Under the pieces are notes generated by a model. The model did not search any database. It was not told the origin of the DNA and worked only from the letters and a program-made list of their open reading frames with translations. From Candidatus Altimarinota bacterium (lineage in GTDB: Bacteria > Patescibacteriota > Gracilibacteria > UBA1369), in NCBI GenBank assembly GCA_041659405.1, contig JBAZYK010000005.1, forward strand, positions 1,796 to 33,795: a stretch of DNA of 32,000 nucleotides, read 5' to 3'. Below are positions 15,955 to 23,812 of the stretch, piece after piece. The position numbers and the translations under genes are program-made. The number at the start of each line of letters is the position of its first letter. Within the stretch, counting starts at the first letter, position 1.

Positions 15955-16422
15955 ATGGCTACAGCATCTCAATCTATTGAAGCTCCCGGTAAAAAAAGTC
16001 ATCGAATTATTCGCAACATTTATCTTTATCTGGTTGCGATGATTGGGTTGATAACTCTGGTTATCGGCTTGGTTGGGATCATTAACAATGTTCTTCAAAA
16101 TTACGTTTTCCAGGTTAATGACAATATCTACAGTACACCTGTTCCTTATCCGGGTATGAAAAATGGTGGATGTGATCAATCTTATCCTGATCCAACTGAT
16201 ACAACCGGCAAAAAACTGATTACACCAACTGCGCAAGAGGTTCAAAAATGTGACCAGGTATTAAAAGATCAGCAGGAACAAAATCGTCGTAATAACATTG
16301 GTAGAGAATTTTCGATTTCCATCGCTCAAATTATGATTGGATTTCCTTTATGGCTCTATCATTGGGGCGTGATCCAAGCCGAGTATAAGCGCAAAGAAGA
16401 AGAAACCACCAAGAAGAAATAA
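15955..16422 (+). CDS. Hypothetical two-TM membrane protein inserted between rplK and rplA (155 aa)
   Basis: Two hydrophobic helices (IYLYLVAMIGLITLVIGLVGII; ISIAQIMIGFPLWLYHWGVI) flank a Cys-containing loop. The tail is K/E-rich. Confidence 0.65.
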   Translation: MATASQSIEAPGKKSHRIIRNIYLYLVAMIGLITLVIGLVGIINNVLQNYVFQVNDNIYSTPVPYPGMKNGGCDQSYPDPTDTTGKKLITPTAQEVQKCDQVLKDQQEQNRRNNIGREFSISIAQIMIGFPLWLYHWGVIQAEYKRKEEETTKKK

Positions 16423-16440
16423 TATTTAAAATATTTAATT

Positions 16441-16470
16441 GTGGGAGGCCTCGAAAGCCGTTATCACCAC
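16441..16470 (+). promoter_or_regulatory. Putative L1 autoregulatory leader (mimic of the 23S rRNA L1-stalk H76-78) just upstream of rplA
   Basis: GUGGGAGGC-CUCGAAA-GCCG-UUAUCA-CCAC, 14 nt before the rplA ATG. Compare the E. coli 23S L1-stalk as I recall it: GGUGGGAGGCUUUGAAG...GGAGCCGACCUUGAAAUACCACC. The shared parts are GUGGGAGGC, GCCG and ACCAC, with an enclosing GUGG/CCAC helix. Confidence 0.6.
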
Positions 16471-16484
16471 GCAACAAATTCTAT

Positions 16485-17189
16485 ATGGCAAAACATGGAA
16501 AAAAGTATCTAAAGGCTTCCGAGCTCGTAGATCAAAAGCTCAGCTATGATTTAACGCAGGCTGTAGAGCTTTTAAAGAAGACGGTAACATCTAAATTTGA
16601 TCCTAGTTTGGAAGTTCACCTTCGTTTGGGAGTTGATCCAACTCATGCTGATCAAATGGTTCGTTCTACCGTTGCTCTTCCACATGGAACAGGTAAAAAT
16701 GTTCGTGTGATCGCTTTTGTACAGGAAGACAAAGCTAAAGAGGCAAAAGAAGCCGGGGCAATTAAGGCCGGCATGGAAGAATTGATTGAAGAAATTCAAA
16801 AAGGTTTCTTGGATTTTGATGTTGCGGTTGCGACTCCGGATGCCATGAAGAGTTTATCAAAAGTTGCCAAGATCTTGGGTACAAAAGGTTTAATGCCTAA
16901 CCCAAAGGCTGGTACGGTTACTATGGATATCTCAAAAACAATCAAAGAAATCAAGAAAGGTAAAGTTGAATACAGAACTGACAAACAAGCCCAAATCCAC
17001 CAAATTTTTGGAAAGGCTTCCTTTACAGAAGATCAAATCAAAGACAACTTAAAGGCTTTCTTGAAGGCGATTGTGGATACAAAACCTGCAACCGTTAAAG
17101 GCACATACATCAGAAATATTGGTGTGGCTACAACTATGGGGCCTGGCATTCGCTTGGATGTTAGCAAGATTATGGCGGAGTTGAAATAA
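16485..17189 (+). CDS. rplA: 50S ribosomal protein L1
   Basis: MAKHGKKY...KFDPSLEVHLRLGVDP...DQMVRSTVALPHGTGK...GLMPNPKAGTVT is a canonical L1 sequence. Confidence 0.97.
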   Translation: MAKHGKKYLKASELVDQKLSYDLTQAVELLKKTVTSKFDPSLEVHLRLGVDPTHADQMVRSTVALPHGTGKNVRVIAFVQEDKAKEAKEAGAIKAGMEELIEEIQKGFLDFDVAVATPDAMKSLSKVAKILGTKGLMPNPKAGTVTMDISKTIKEIKKGKVEYRTDKQAQIHQIFGKASFTEDQIKDNLKAFLKAIVDTKPATVKGTYIRNIGVATTMGPGIRLDVSKIMAELK

Positions 17190-17248
17190 TCACAGAGTTA
17201 CGCGTTGTTGTTTAATTGGTGAAGGCGAAAAGGATTTATCTGAAATTT

Positions 17249-17283
17249 AAAAAAGAGGGCTCGGAAATGGGCTCTCTTTTTTT
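17249..17283 (+). terminator. Intrinsic terminator after rplA
   Basis: GAGGGCUC-GGAAAU-GGGCUCUC forms an 8-bp stem (two G-U pairs, valid on the + strand). It is flanked by A6 upstream and T7 downstream. Confidence 0.6.
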
Positions 17284-17366
17284 GATGCTCCTTATTGTGA
17301 ACTTTTGTGCGGATAAAAACTCCAGCAACAGAATTGCTTTTCGCCGGCGAAGTCTGCTTAAACGAT

Positions 17367-17663
17367 TTATTGCTGGCTTTCCGCTCCCTGCGCGCCGCAT
17401 TTGTTGTAGACCAGATCCTGGAAATTGGTTTGGCCTTCTTCGAACATGATTTTGTATTGTTCTCCGTTTTTGCATTTAACTAAAATCGTATTACTGCCTG
17501 CTGAAGTCGTTTTTTCGACCTGGTTGGATTTTTCGAGCTGGCGCATGTTGGCATCCAGGCTGCTTCTTCCGCTGATCACATAATACACAACGGCGATTAA
17601 GCCTATTGTCAGGGCCAAAATCATAGGAAGCCAGTGTCTTAGATTGATGTTTTTAAGGTCCAT
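17367..17663 (-). CDS. Hypothetical small membrane-anchored protein (98 aa)
   Basis: N-terminal TM helix (WLPMILALTIGLIAVVYYVI) and a soluble C-terminal part with two Cys. It starts 23 nt after the DUF1385 gene stop. Confidence 0.55.
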   Translation of the reverse strand: MDLKNINLRHWLPMILALTIGLIAVVYYVISGRSSLDANMRQLEKSNQVEKTTSAGSNTILVKCKNGEQYKIMFEEGQTNFQDLVYNKCGAQGAESQQ

Positions 17664-17686
17664 AATTTTTGAATTTATGATTTAGT

Positions 17687-18814
17687 TTATGCCACGTCGA
17701 CCGCGGTTTCTAAAGCCGGTGTGAGTTTGATTTTCTCCAGTTCAAGCGCTCTTTTTAGAGATGTTAAAGCCACTTCCAACTGCTGATCGTCCGGTTCCTG
17801 AGTTGTTAAGCGCTGAAACATCAGTCCAGGAAAAGTTACAAGTTTAACCAAAGAATGGTCGGAATATTTGGCGCTCCACTTTAAAACTTCATAAGAAACT
17901 CCGGCAATCAAAGGCAAAAACAACAAACGAAGGCTGAAGTTCATGTAAAAATCAGGTTGGCGTGGCACAAAAGTATAAATAAAAATACTCAACAAAAAAA
18001 CCACCATAATAAAACTGGTTCCGCAGCGGGGATGAAAACGGATTTGTTTTTTGGCATTTTCAACTGTTAATTCCAGGCCTTTTTCATAGGTAAAAATGGA
18101 TTTATGTTCCGCGCCATGATATTGAAAAACGCGATGCATGCTCTTGGTTAAGCCCAAAAGTCCAATATAAACCACGAAAAATGTCGTCTTGATAACGCCA
18201 TCAATAAAATTAAATAAAAGATAGTTGTCATTAATTGTGGGAAATTTTTTGCTGAGAAAATCGGTGATATAAAGTGGAATAAATTTGAACAACAAAATGC
18301 TGAACCCAAGCGCGAAAACGAGTGAGAGAACGATGGAGATAACGCCGCCGGCGGAGGAGGTTTGTGCCGTAGATTGATCTTTTGCTGCCGTTTTTTGCAG
18401 GGCATTTGCATCGGCATTCATCGTGGTCTTATTCGGATTCTTTTCGGTGTCAGCCTCGACCTCTTCCATGCTTTCCGCAGCGGAAAAATTTACCATGCGC
18501 ATACCAACTATCATCATTTCAAAAAGATTTACAACTCCGCGCACAAAAGGAATTCCCAGTAATTTTATGCGGGCGCCAATCCCCTGAAATTTTTCTTCTT
18601 TGAGTTTGATTTCACCGTTTAGTTTGCGAACGGCAACGGTCACAAAATTCGGCGAGCGCATCATGACGCCTTCTATTACCGCTTGGCCGCCAACTGCAAA
18701 GTCGATTCTAGGAAACGGTGATTGTCCCGCTTGTGCTGAAGAAGATTTTGCTTTGCTTGCTGTCGAAGTATGCCTATCGTGCGTAGCGGAATTATTTTTC
18801 ATTAATAGTTGCAA
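17687..18814 (-). CDS. DUF1385 (YqhQ-like) family membrane protein
   Basis: VGGQAVIEGVMMRSPN and YHGAEHK are signature motifs of the DUF1385/YqhQ family, and central hydrophobic helices are present. The exact start is uncertain because the N-terminal ~40 aa are low-complexity. Confidence 0.85.
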   Translation of the reverse strand: MQLLMKNNSATHDRHTSTASKAKSSSAQAGQSPFPRIDFAVGGQAVIEGVMMRSPNFVTVAVRKLNGEIKLKEEKFQGIGARIKLLGIPFVRGVVNLFEMMIVGMRMVNFSAAESMEEVEADTEKNPNKTTMNADANALQKTAAKDQSTAQTSSAGGVISIVLSLVFALGFSILLFKFIPLYITDFLSKKFPTINDNYLLFNFIDGVIKTTFFVVYIGLLGLTKSMHRVFQYHGAEHKSIFTYEKGLELTVENAKKQIRFHPRCGTSFIMVVFLLSIFIYTFVPRQPDFYMNFSLRLLFLPLIAGVSYEVLKWSAKYSDHSLVKLVTFPGLMFQRLTTQEPDDQQLEVALTSLKRALELEKIKLTPALETAVDVA

Positions 18815-19028
18815 TATGTGCTTTAAAGATCGCGGTTATTTTAACATATCAGTGGCACTTGTGCATGTAAAAGTGGCCAGAAATATGTTTGAGCGCAAAC
18901 TGCCAGTCTATGCCAATTCGTTCACAATGCGGCTACAAAGCGTCAGCTTTGGCCTGAGATAAGCCTTCGTCGAGCTCTCGCCAGCTGCTCACTGCTCCAT
19001 TATTGGCTTTCAGCAGCCCTGAATTTAT

Positions 19029-20426
19029 TTACGATTTGGTCGGCGCCAACCTGAATCCATTCACGATTTGATCGACCTGAAACTTTGGTTCGTTTTCATC
19101 TGCTGTAAGCCTTAATCCCCAAAATTTCGGATTAAATTCTTCGTTTTTGATGAGTCCAAGATGCGCCAGCCGTTCATGATTTTTGCAGAGTGAAACAATG
19201 AATTCCGGATCGTGATTTGGGACGAGTTTGAATCTTCTAGTGTGATGGTCGATGTTGGCGGGTTGTTTGCAGTCAGGAAATCCGCACATCTCCTGATAAA
19301 TTTGCTTGATGTAGCGCTGCACGCGAGCCGGAATATGCCGCGTTGATTTTTCCGGCAGTGATTTTTGGATTTCTTCTTTGGTGAGGGACGGCTTTTGCTT
19401 TTTAGCTTTTTTTTGCGCGCTGATTTTGCGAACACCACCTATCGCACCCGCACCTTCTTTTGCGCTTGGCTCAGCAGTGTGGGCGCTTGGAACTTTCTGC
19501 TCCGCACACACATGCTTGCTCGCACCTTGCCCCGCAACTTTTTGTGCGCACACATGCTCCTGCGCTTGCACTGCGATCTTTAAAAATTCCTGCATGACTT
19601 CGTTCCAATCCACCGGCTGCTTTTTTTCTTTTTCCAGTTTGAATTTAAAAAGTCTGAGTTGTTTTTCAATATCGGTCGTGACTTTGAAGGACATGTTGTT
19701 TCGTTGTTGCGATTCAGCTCGCCCATCGTCATTTTCCAAAAATCCTGTTTCCTGATTCATGAAAAGTCCCCCGGGGGACTTTCCCAAAATCGCCGATTCT
19801 TCTCTTTCTGAAGCCGAAATTTCCGGATTACCGAAATCGATTGTAAACTGTTTTCCTACCTTAGCAACAGGCGCATTTCCACGTTCCTCGCTACAATCAG
19901 CGCCATCACGCTCCTCCGCTTTCAGCAGATCGTCCTGCTTTTTCATCTCCTGCACAAACGTTTCAAGTGTTGATTTGCTCATACTTTCGACCTTTTCTTT
20001 CCAAAATTCTTGAGTTTCAACTGTTGCAACATTACTGATCACGCCGAGTTTGCTCCAGCCCTGCTCAGCAATTAAAGCTTGCAACAATGGCTTATCCTGC
20101 AACTTTTCATTCACTTTCAAAACTTTTAAAACCGCTTTTTTCGAAAGCCCGCCAACCACTGCGGCATAATGACAAATTGTCTGAAATTTATGTTCCAAAA
20201 ATAGTTTTCTTTTGTTGATTTCCGGCAAAAACGCGGCAAATTCTTTTTGTGCTTTGCGGCTTTGCGCGCCGAACCGCTGCGCTGTTTGATGCAGTTCTTT
20301 ATTTGGAAGTTTTTCGATTTCGGCCGGAGTGAGAAAGTGCGCGCCAGTAATTTTTAAAAAGTTTGTTGTGCCAGTTTGGGAAGATTTTTCTGTGGCAGCC
20401 CTTGAAAATTTTTCAGTTTGAATCAT
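19029..20426 (-). CDS. HNH endonuclease domain protein with a long helical N-terminal region (465 aa)
   Basis: C-terminal CGFPDCKQPANIDHHTRRFKLVPNHDPEFIVSLCKNHERLAH fits an HNH/His-Me finger with Cys pairs. The middle contains an A/K/Q-rich linker with repeated HVCA(Q/E)QKV. Confidence 0.8.
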   Translation of the reverse strand: MIQTEKFSRAATEKSSQTGTTNFLKITGAHFLTPAEIEKLPNKELHQTAQRFGAQSRKAQKEFAAFLPEINKRKLFLEHKFQTICHYAAVVGGLSKKAVLKVLKVNEKLQDKPLLQALIAEQGWSKLGVISNVATVETQEFWKEKVESMSKSTLETFVQEMKKQDDLLKAEERDGADCSEERGNAPVAKVGKQFTIDFGNPEISASEREESAILGKSPGGLFMNQETGFLENDDGRAESQQRNNMSFKVTTDIEKQLRLFKFKLEKEKKQPVDWNEVMQEFLKIAVQAQEHVCAQKVAGQGASKHVCAEQKVPSAHTAEPSAKEGAGAIGGVRKISAQKKAKKQKPSLTKEEIQKSLPEKSTRHIPARVQRYIKQIYQEMCGFPDCKQPANIDHHTRRFKLVPNHDPEFIVSLCKNHERLAHLGLIKNEEFNPKFWGLRLTADENEPKFQVDQIVNGFRLAPTKS

Positions 20427-20796
20427 ATCAATTTTTCGTTAAGTAATAATTTTATTTTTCTGTGATTTTTTTAAAAACTTATGCGAAAGTTTTTTTGAAA
20501 ATCCCGGACTCTTTTGAGACTAAATTCTCTCAAATAATAAAAAACAAAACAAGTCTAAAATGGCTCAAACAAGATATTAAAACACAATTCTTCGGCTTCA
20601 TGACCGCACTCAAAATCATCCAAAAAATTAAACCACTTTTATCATTAAAATTTTCGACTTAAAACTCAACAAACACAAAAATCCGAAGACATTTTCAATC
20701 CAACCTCCAATCCCGATTTCACAACAAGCAAAGAAGAGAAAATTCCGGCATAAAATGAGTCAAGGCAAAAAACTCAGCTTTTCGCACTTGACGTAT

Positions 20797-20805
20797 GGGG
20801 GGGGG
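20797..20805 (+). repeat. Homopolymeric G9 tract in the intergenic region upstream of the 197-aa secreted-protein gene
   Basis: Nine consecutive G in acgtatgggggggggtattg, in an otherwise AT-rich, G-poor 487-bp spacer. It lies 108 nt upstream of the ATG at 20914. Confidence 0.9.
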
Positions 20806-20913
20806 TATTGTGTTAACATAATACGATAACCAGCTCGCAGCTATGAAGCTGCTAAAGTCGGAGTTGGTAAATCACAGTAAATAACAATTTTAATTTTTTT
20901 TACTTACAAAAAT

Positions 20914-21507
20914 ATGAAAAACAAAAATCTTTTATATGCATTAGGCGGAGTCGTTGGTGTCGCAGCCATTGCCGTAGTCATTATGCTTTCCCTAAACAGC
21001 GGAAGCAATTTAAAGGGAATGTTACCCGGCGGTTATAAGGATGATACATTTGGTGGACGACTACCATCCGCAACTTCAGATTTAAAGCTTGCACCTACTA
21101 AAGAGGTAACAAATAATCCCGTTTCGAAGACACTAGGCCCTGTAATCACTAACCTGATTATAAGTAAGGATCCATTTGATTTAAGAAGTGGAAGCGTGAC
21201 TTTTAGTGCAGACATAAAAAATGACAATAAAAATGTAGCTTTTATGGTTTATGGTTATAAAAAAGGAACTACTACTTTTGCTTGTGAAGATGGTGCCCCA
21301 GGTCAGGGGAACTTGTTAACTAGATCCAATGGAAAAGTTACCTGCACGTGGAATGGTAGAGATGAAAATGGAAATTTTGTTACACCTGGAAATTATTCTC
21401 TTAATGTGCAAGTTTTCACAGGAGGCGCAGTATGGTCCTTCGATAAATCCAAAGATTTCAAAATTATTGATTCAAGGATCAATGCACCAAAAGTCTTAAT
21501 AAAATAA
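20914..21507 (+). CDS. Small secreted or anchored protein with one FlgD-Ig-like domain (197 aa)
   Basis: N-terminal helix LLYALGGVVGVAAIAVVIMLSL. The domain carries TWNGRDENGNFVTPGNYSLNVQV, the W(N/D)G(R/K)D..G..v..G.Y pattern typical of FlgD Ig-like/FlgD_ig-type domains. The same motif recurs in the 847-aa protein at 29002..31545. Confidence 0.8.
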   Translation: MKNKNLLYALGGVVGVAAIAVVIMLSLNSGSNLKGMLPGGYKDDTFGGRLPSATSDLKLAPTKEVTNNPVSKTLGPVITNLIISKDPFDLRSGSVTFSADIKNDNKNVAFMVYGYKKGTTTFACEDGAPGQGNLLTRSNGKVTCTWNGRDENGNFVTPGNYSLNVQVFTGGAVWSFDKSKDFKIIDSRINAPKVLIK

Positions 21508-21524
21508 TTAATTCCGTTTAACTC

Positions 21525-21562
21525 AAAATCCCATGATGAATTTGCATTGTGGGATTTTTTTT
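21525..21562 (+). terminator. Intrinsic terminator after the 197-aa gene
   Basis: AAAATCCCA-(loop)-TGGGATTTTTTTT: an 8-9 bp stem followed by a T8 run, 18 nt after the stop codon. Confidence 0.65.
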
Positions 21563-21599
21563 ATTTATATCATGATTTTGTGATTTGAGGCTGCTCACC

Positions 21600-21628
21600 T
21601 TGAGCTCGCTGGAATTTTGCTGTAATTT
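21600..21628 (+). promoter_or_regulatory. Possible promoter of the dut-tmk-folD-purF-purD block
   Basis: TTGAGC-N17-TAATTT, about 60 nt upstream of the dut ATG. The match to consensus is moderate. Confidence 0.3.
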
Positions 21629-21690
21629 GGCGGTGGCGGAAAACCTTGGCATCAAAACGCCTACCGACCTAAATTCAAAATCTCACCTTT

Positions 21691-22134
21691 ATGAAAGTAA
21701 CTTTAAAAAGAATCGACTGCGGGCTTCCTTTACCCAAATATGAGACGGATGGGGCGGTTGGGTTTGATCTTTTGGCGCGTGTTGATGCAGAAATCGCCCC
21801 GGGGAAATTGGCTTTGATTCCGGGAAATATTATTGTGGAAGTCCCGCGCGGATACATGTTGATGATCGCTTCGCGCAGCTCTCTTCCTAAAAAGAAGGGC
21901 TTGCTGACTCCGCATGGACTGGGAATTATTGATCACGATTATTGTGGGCCGGATGATGAAATTCACGTTCAGGTTTATAATTTTACCGATGTGCCGGTTA
22001 CGGTTGCGCGTGGCGAAAAAATTGCTCAGGGAGTTTTTGTGCGTGTTGATAAGTTTGAGTTTGATGAGGTTGCCGAGATGAAAAAGCCAAGTCGTGGCGG
22101 GTTTGGGAGTACTGGCGGATATCAGGCGCAATAA
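21691..22134 (+). CDS. dut: dUTP diphosphatase (dUTPase)
   Basis: GAVGFDL, SRSSL, G.IDHDY.G and the C-terminal RGGFGSTG are the trimeric dUTPase motifs. Confidence 0.92.
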   Translation: MKVTLKRIDCGLPLPKYETDGAVGFDLLARVDAEIAPGKLALIPGNIIVEVPRGYMLMIASRSSLPKKKGLLTPHGLGIIDHDYCGPDDEIHVQVYNFTDVPVTVARGEKIAQGVFVRVDKFEFDEVAEMKKPSRGGFGSTGGYQAQ

Positions 22135-22190
22135 AGTTTGCAGGATAGATTTGTAAATGCGGCAATTGTTATTTTTTATGAATATCGACG

Positions 22191-22787
22191 ATGCAGGGAA
22201 AATTTATTACCATTTACGGCATCAATAACATTGGAAAATCCACGCAGGCGGCAAGGCTTGTGGAAAGACTCAAGCGTGCAAATATTGACGTGGTGCTTTT
22301 GAAATATCCGATTTATGATTTGGAGCCGACCGGTCCGAAGATCAATAAAATCTTAAGAGAAAGCCAAGAACAGCCGATTACCGAGGCGGAATTGCAAACT
22401 CTTTTTACGCAGAATCGTAAAGATTTTGAACCAACGCTAAAAAAAATGTTGGCGGATGGCAAAATTGTAATTGCGGAAGATTATATCGGGACCGGAATCG
22501 CTTGGGGAACGGCCAAAGGACTGGATTTAAATTGGAGCGAAAACCTGAATAAAGACTTGCTGCGTGAAGATTTGGCGATTTTGCTTATTGGGCAGCGCGA
22601 TTTGCGTGCTCAGGAAAAACATCATCTACATGAGCAAAACGAGCCACTTGTTCAGAAAGTGGCGGGAAATCTGCTTAATCTGGCGAAAAAATATGGTTGG
22701 AAGGTTATTCAGGTTCAGCCGGAAATGGAAGATACCGCGGAACTTATTTGGAAAGAACTCGCCGACTTTCGTTTTGGAAAAGCCTAA
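22191..22787 (+). CDS. tmk: Thymidylate (dTMP) kinase-like nucleotide kinase
   Basis: GKFITIYGINNIGKSTQAARLVERL is a P-loop (GxxxxGKST with a degenerate DG). LLKYPIYD...GPKINKIL resembles the type I Tmk segment L.FP.R....G..I..YL. Substrate specificity has not been established. Confidence 0.6.
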   Translation: MQGKFITIYGINNIGKSTQAARLVERLKRANIDVVLLKYPIYDLEPTGPKINKILRESQEQPITEAELQTLFTQNRKDFEPTLKKMLADGKIVIAEDYIGTGIAWGTAKGLDLNWSENLNKDLLREDLAILLIGQRDLRAQEKHHLHEQNEPLVQKVAGNLLNLAKKYGWKVIQVQPEMEDTAELIWKELADFRFGKA

Positions 22788-22870
22788 AATCTGGCTTGTA
22801 ATCCTCTAAAAAGCGTGTTAGGATCTAAGCGCTTTCCTCAAAAAAGCTTTTATTTACCACCCGCAATTCC

Positions 22871-23731
22871 ATGCAACTCCTGGATGGAAAAAAAGTTTCC
22901 GCAGAGATCTATCAAAATCTCCACGGGGAAGTTTTAAGTTTAAAAAAGCAGGGTGTGAATTCTAAATTGGTGATTATTTTGGTTGGAGAAGACCCGGCTT
23001 CTTTGTCTTACATTAAACAAAAAGTTAAGGCTTCGGAAGTGGTCGGCATCGATTCGGAACTGGTAAAATTGAATCCGGAAGAAGTCACGACTGAAAGTTT
23101 GATCGAGATGATCCACAAAATGAATGAAAATCCCGCAATTCAGGGCATTTTGGTGCAGTTGCCACTACCAAAACATGTTTATGAGCCGGATGTGGTTAAA
23201 GCGGTCGATCCTAAAAAAGACGTGGACGGTTTTACGGCTTACAACCTTGGAAAAATGTTCCTGAGTAAAGATTTTGAAGAACTTGTTCCGTGCACTCCAA
23301 TGGGTGTTATCCGGCTTCTGGAATACTATAAAATCCCGGTTGAGGGCAAAAATGTGACCATGGTTGGCTCCAGCAATATTGTGGGAAAACCGATGGCCGT
23401 AATGTTGATGAACAGGCGTGCGACTGTGACTGTTTGCAATAGCAGGACTAAAGATTTGGCTTCAAATACGAAAAATGCCGATATTTTGATTGTGGCTGTG
23501 GGTAAAATTAAACTGATAACCGCGGACATGGTTAAAGAAGGCGCGGTTGTAGTTGATGTAGGCATGAATCGCAATGAAGAGGGAAAACTTTGTGGCGATG
23601 TCGATTTTGAAAATGTCAGTAAAAAAGTTTCGTTTATTACTCCTGTTCCGGGTGGTTGCGGGCCAATGACCGTGGCTTGTTTAATGGAAAATATGGTGCG
23701 AGCGATGAAGAGGAAGCAGGATTTAGGATGA
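22871..23731 (+). CDS. folD: Bifunctional methylenetetrahydrofolate dehydrogenase / methenyl-THF cyclohydrolase FolD
   Basis: LVIILVGEDPASLSYIKQK, GILVQLPLP, DVDGF, VGSSNIVGKPMAVMLMNRRATVTVC and PVPGGCGPMT are canonical FolD motifs. Confidence 0.95.
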   Translation: MQLLDGKKVSAEIYQNLHGEVLSLKKQGVNSKLVIILVGEDPASLSYIKQKVKASEVVGIDSELVKLNPEEVTTESLIEMIHKMNENPAIQGILVQLPLPKHVYEPDVVKAVDPKKDVDGFTAYNLGKMFLSKDFEELVPCTPMGVIRLLEYYKIPVEGKNVTMVGSSNIVGKPMAVMLMNRRATVTVCNSRTKDLASNTKNADILIVAVGKIKLITADMVKEGAVVVDVGMNRNEEGKLCGDVDFENVSKKVSFITPVPGGCGPMTVACLMENMVRAMKRKQDLG

Positions 23732-23777
23732 AGGAAAAATGAAACAGGCAGTGTGGAATGTAGAAAGCAAACATTCC

Positions 23778-23805
23778 TAATTACTAATTATTAATTACTA
23801 ATTAT
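23778..23805 (+). repeat. Four tandem heptamers, TAATTAC/TAATTAT x2, 7 nt upstream of the purF start
   Basis: taattac taattat taattac taattat, read directly. A related doublet, taattcg taattcg, lies at 25336..25349, 5 nt upstream of purD. Confidence 0.85.
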
Positions 23806-23812
23806 CTAAACT

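Noticed and set aside
17339-17352. 12-bp palindrome TTCGCCGGCGAA downstream of the 98-aa gene as its terminator
   Set aside because: Folded as RNA it leaves only a 4-bp stem around a CCGG loop, and no U-tract follows on the minus strand.
17216-17475. 77-aa (+) and 79-aa (-) ORFs in the rplA / 98-aa gene intergenic region
   Set aside because: They overlap the terminator hairpin and each other, give Arg-rich low-complexity products, and have no start context or motif.
20462-20662. 66-aa + strand ORF in the long spacer
   Set aside because: It is a K/I/F-rich product of AT-rich sequence with no motif. It is probably a chance ORF, and the spacer is treated as non-coding.
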